The notes under the pieces: model-generated
Databases searched by the model: none
Seen by the model: the letters and a program-made list of their open reading frames with translations, nothing else
What the model was told of the DNA's origin: nothing
Made by a program: the position numbers and the translations under genes
Source of the DNA: Azolla caroliniana
Lineage: Eukaryota; Plantae; Polypodiophyta
NCBI GenBank assembly: GCA_043228905.1
Contig: JBHGNT010000012.1
Location: 20,646,001 to 20,710,000, forward strand
DNA: 64,000 nucleotides
Reading direction: 5' to 3'
In this document: positions 60,067 to 64,000 of the stretch, in pieces
Numbering within the stretch: position 1 is the first letter of the stretch
Layout: every line of letters begins with the position of its first letter

Positions 60067-60489
60067 TAATTGAAAGGGAATTATTATATTGAAGAGTAAA
60101 ATAGATTACAAAGAGTAGGCAACAGAGGGCTACAAAATGGCGTTGAACCAATTTGGGTTTGGGATGAGTGGTAGATCCCTATTTATAAGTAATAGAGAAT
60201 ATTCTAGGCTATCCTAGAATGTAGAGTATCTAGAAGATCTCTAGAGTATTCTAGAAGGTTCTAGTGTATAGAACACTCTAGAATATTCTAGGTCATTCTA
60301 GAGTGTAGAGTAATATAGAATATTCCTATGATATTAGATTTCATATTCTAAAACCCATACATATAAGAATGTTAATACAATGGTTAAGGATTTGACATGT
60401 GTACAACAAGATCATGGGTTCAAATCCTTTCGAGGCATAATATGAGTGTCATGATCTTTTCCATGCATGATGTGAGTGTTATCATAACA
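60033..60489. mobile_element. Probable old solo LTR in the LINE
   Basis: TA...TAACA ends; flanks GCCAA/TCCAA (4 of 5 match); removal restores LINE ...KVWFW-LLSHK; contains (GA)n and many TCTAGA motifs. Confidence 0.6.
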
Positions 60490-63400
60490 TCCAAAACCAA
60501 ACCTTTATTTTTTCTATTGGCATATCCAATGCCCAAAGTCTCCTCCAAAATGACTTCAAGTCATCTGATATGCCTTTATCCCTCCAACTATTGCGAGTCT
60601 GAGCAGCGCCCACTGATTTGGAGGCAATGATTTGCCTTCCGAGCTTAGTATTATAATCAAAAAACCCCTCTAGTTTGTTCGTTCCCGGTTTCTGCCACCA
60701 TACCTCTAGTGGATCCCACTCCAAATCATGTAGGGGCTTGTTGTCAAATAGCCAATGATAGTTTACAACCATTATCTAGCTTCCTTGGGTTCGGGTTTAC
60801 TTGCCACTTCTTACCTTCCAACACTGCCACCCGCACTGCCAACCACCGGCCATTGTCAACCAAAGCACTTAGGGTTCCCCACAAACGATACTCATTAGAT
60901 GGGCACTTGCCACGGATAATTTGTCCATCACTCTCACCTACAAACCACCCAAACCAAACCCCCTCTTCCTTATTCAACCTTTCTAGACCATCAACAATCT
61001 TGTTTATCAGTTGGGTCACCTTCTCAAGCCTACCAGAAATGCTACAAAACTGACCCTCACTCCTCTTCATTCTGAAAACATCCCAATATCTTACTGAACT
61101 AACATCGTACCCTAACATGTGCCCCCATGGCAAATATATTTTTTGTCCAAGCATCATGACGTCTTCACTTCTAATCCTAAGGTTCCAAAATAGCAGTTGT
61201 TGGGGTTGTTCCTCCAATGTTTTCGGTTGCATTAAGACCAACCATTCTCTTACACTTGACCAGGCCATCATTATGGCACGTGCCACCCTGTCCTCCATGC
61301 TAGCTGGTACTTTCATCTTTAGATCTAGACTGAACAACCACCACATCTTTGCCTTCCAAGGGTCGCCATTCCTTGGACACCAAAGGTCATCTTTGTCCCT
61401 AAGAAGCATCTTCCACAATTCAGGTCTAGGTTGTAAACTTCGCACAAGTAGCTTATCGAGTAAAGCCTTACTTTGGTGAATTGGATCCACCAACCCAAGT
61501 CCACCCTGGTTTTTTACCTTGATCAAACAACTCCACACTACTTTAGCTGATGTCATCTCGTGATCTCTACCCGACCATAGGGACCCTCTCACCATTGCCT
61601 TAATGTTTTTTATGCAAGTTTTGTCTAACACCCAACATGACACCGAGTGCCACATGGTGGCTAACAAAATGCGGTTTACCACGACCACCCTACCTGCAAG
61701 AGAAAGCTTTACCGATGCCCATAACCGAAGCTTTTTTCTGATTTTGTCTTTCACTTGCTCAAGTTACTAGTTTTTAGGTATCTCAACTCCCACAAAAAAA
61801 CCCAAATATTTAACAGTCATTCCATTGGGGACCCATTGAAAATCAGCATTAGGGCACCAAAGAGGCCATGGGTTTGAACTTACCCAAAATCCTTTGCTTT
61901 TGTTCCAATTGATTTTCCCTCCTGTTGCTTTACAAAACAGCTCAATCCGTCTTTCAACATGTTGTAAATTATCGTCATTGCCTTGTAGATAGAGCATAGT
62001 GTCATCTGCGTATGATGAGTCCAACAACTCCTTGCTCGCATGTGGGACAACTAATCCCCTTATTCCTTCATCTGGTCTGTTTAAAAAGAAAGAGAATGCC
62101 TATGCAATAAATAAATAAAGGTAGGGGGCCAACGGGCACCCTTGCCTGACAGACTTGCATAATGGAATTGGTGGGCCCCGATGTCCTGACACCATCACCC
62201 TACTCAAACTTCCTTCGTAAAGGGCTAACACAGCCGGTCTCCATTTTGAGGGTAGTCCCAACCTCTCCATCACTTTATCTAAAAAAGGCCATTGTACTCT
62301 GTCATATGCCTTCTCGAAGTCAAGCATGAGACATGCAATATGTTGATTGGTTTTCTTTGCCAAGGCAATCGCCTCCCAAAAGGTCAACACATTATCAATT
62401 ATGCATCTGTTTTCCATGAATCCTGTTTGTCCAACATTAATTAGTGCATTCAAGTGGAGTTTGACCCTCTTGGCCAAAATATTGGCAAAAGTCTTATATA
62501 TTGTGTTGAGCAACGTAATCGGTCTCCATTGCCTTGCATTAGCTATTAGACCCTGTACCTTTGGAATTAGAAATATCAGACCCTCTTTAAAATGCTCAGG
62601 TAAGCGTCCAACAACCCATGCCTCATTAAGACCATCAACCAAGTCAACCTTAATCACTTCCCAAAAAATTTCAAAAAAATCTCTTGATAATCCATTGATG
62701 CCTGGACAAGATGTTCTACATATACCCGCCAAAGCATCTGACACCTCCTCTTCCAAGAGTGGCCTTGACAAATTAACTTGTGCAACCTCTGAAATTCTTT
62801 GTTGCATACCCTCCAATACAAATTATGTCAGATTAGGTTGTTCGGGGATATTATAACTATATGAGAGTAGCCCACGATAGTGAGTTGTGACTACCTCCAT
62901 GGTCTCTGATACATCCTCTGACACTGATCCATCCTCCTTATTCAGCTTAGGATTGTAGCTAAAATTAGATCTCGGCTTTTTATACTTAAAAAATTCTTGA
63001 TTTACCTTATCCCCATTCTTGCTCCACCATGCCGCAAAACTCCTGAAGAACATCGTGTTTCTAGACATAATCAACCGTTGTAGTGTTTCTCTAGCAGCCT
63101 CAAGACCTGCTCGAGACCATTGACACGTGGGATCTTTCTGAAGCATTCTTTGGGTAGCTACTATCGATCTTCTTAATCCCATTTCTCTTTCTTTAGACTT
63201 CGCAATTCTGTTTTTAGTCTCAACGTGCAAATACATTGAAGTTTCAATAATCTTCCCTCTAAGTGTCTCAAGTGCACCACAACCAGTTGGATTACTTGCC
63301 CATATGCTCCTTATCTTTCTTCCCACTTCCGCATCCTCAAAAAGTTTACTATTGATCCTCATGTTGCAGTCTCTTTTTGGCCTCCTTTGGTTGACTAATA

Positions 63401-64000
63401 TAATCTTAACCAGCATATGATCAGAGTAAGCTGAACCAACGATTATTTCAACATTGTTACCATATTTTTCAAATTCCGAACTTATGTATATTCTGTTTAT
63501 GTGAGACATGAGACCCCTGGACCACTGTATGAGTGCCACCCACCTTGTCCTCTGTGTGCAAAGTCATGTTAAAATCCCCTGCAAGGATCCACGCATCTAC
63601 AAATGGCAAGCCATCAGCCAATTGCCTCCAAAAAAGGAAGCTGATGAATTGGGTGCATACACATTTATTATCCCAACTATACATTGATGCCATCTGACAA
63701 TCCATAAATGGCATGTCCCTCCACTATGGTGTCCTGACCCATGACAACAATATCCGGATTGTTCCTAATAGATGTACAAACACCTCCTTTTCTACCATGC
63801 TCACCCTAAGCTAGGAACCAAAAAGTATGTCAATCCCCCTCAAGAGGATTGCCAATACTCAAGATTCTGTCCGCACTCAAATGATGCTCTTGCAAGAGCA
63901 AAATGTCTGGGATCCCCTTAAAGCATGGGGATTTGAACTCCTGACGGAAGTTCTTCCTTTCCATCATGCATTTGCTTCCACCAAGACCTTGAATGTTCCA

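Larger units (their letters stand above)
52250..64000 (-). mobile_element. Degenerate L1-type LINE ORF2 (EN-RT-zf-RVT), interrupted by a chromovirus and a solo LTR
   Basis: WILAGDFNM, WRPITLLNTIYK, LDFEKAYDRV, RQGCPLAPYL, YADD. The zf-RVT reading LSHKAIPIREWMRCH|GGEAGCKLCGHSLESIPHCFWNC is rejoined across the TSD. Confidence 0.9.

Overview
Eukaryotic land-plant DNA, most likely from a non-seed plant such as a fern (inferred from the element types and the plant tRNA primer sites). The window is almost entirely nested transposons. It holds at least seven copies or fragments of a tRNA-Trp-primed, non-chromovirus Ty3/Gypsy group, including one apparently intact element (24005-31320), one full-length but mutated element (7754-14643) and non-autonomous gag-only derivatives. 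It also holds six Ty1/Copia copies or fragments, a very young intact chromovirus (52859-59980) inserted in an L1-type LINE, and several solo LTRs. An HTH/transposase-like ORF runs off the left edge next to an 83-bp tandem array. The only host gene is an NPK1/MAPKKK17-18-like kinase (about 46003-47210, minus strand). The main observations concern the Trp-primed Gypsy group: a conserved -1 frameshift cassette (G GAU UUU + stop + hairpin) between gag-protease and RT-RH-INT, a covarying hairpin just before the PPT, a conserved U5 motif, and 4-bp CpG-centred target duplications. The kinase has an 82-nt intron bounded by a ~20-nt direct repeat, which looks like a recent intron gain. All calls were made by eye, without database searches.
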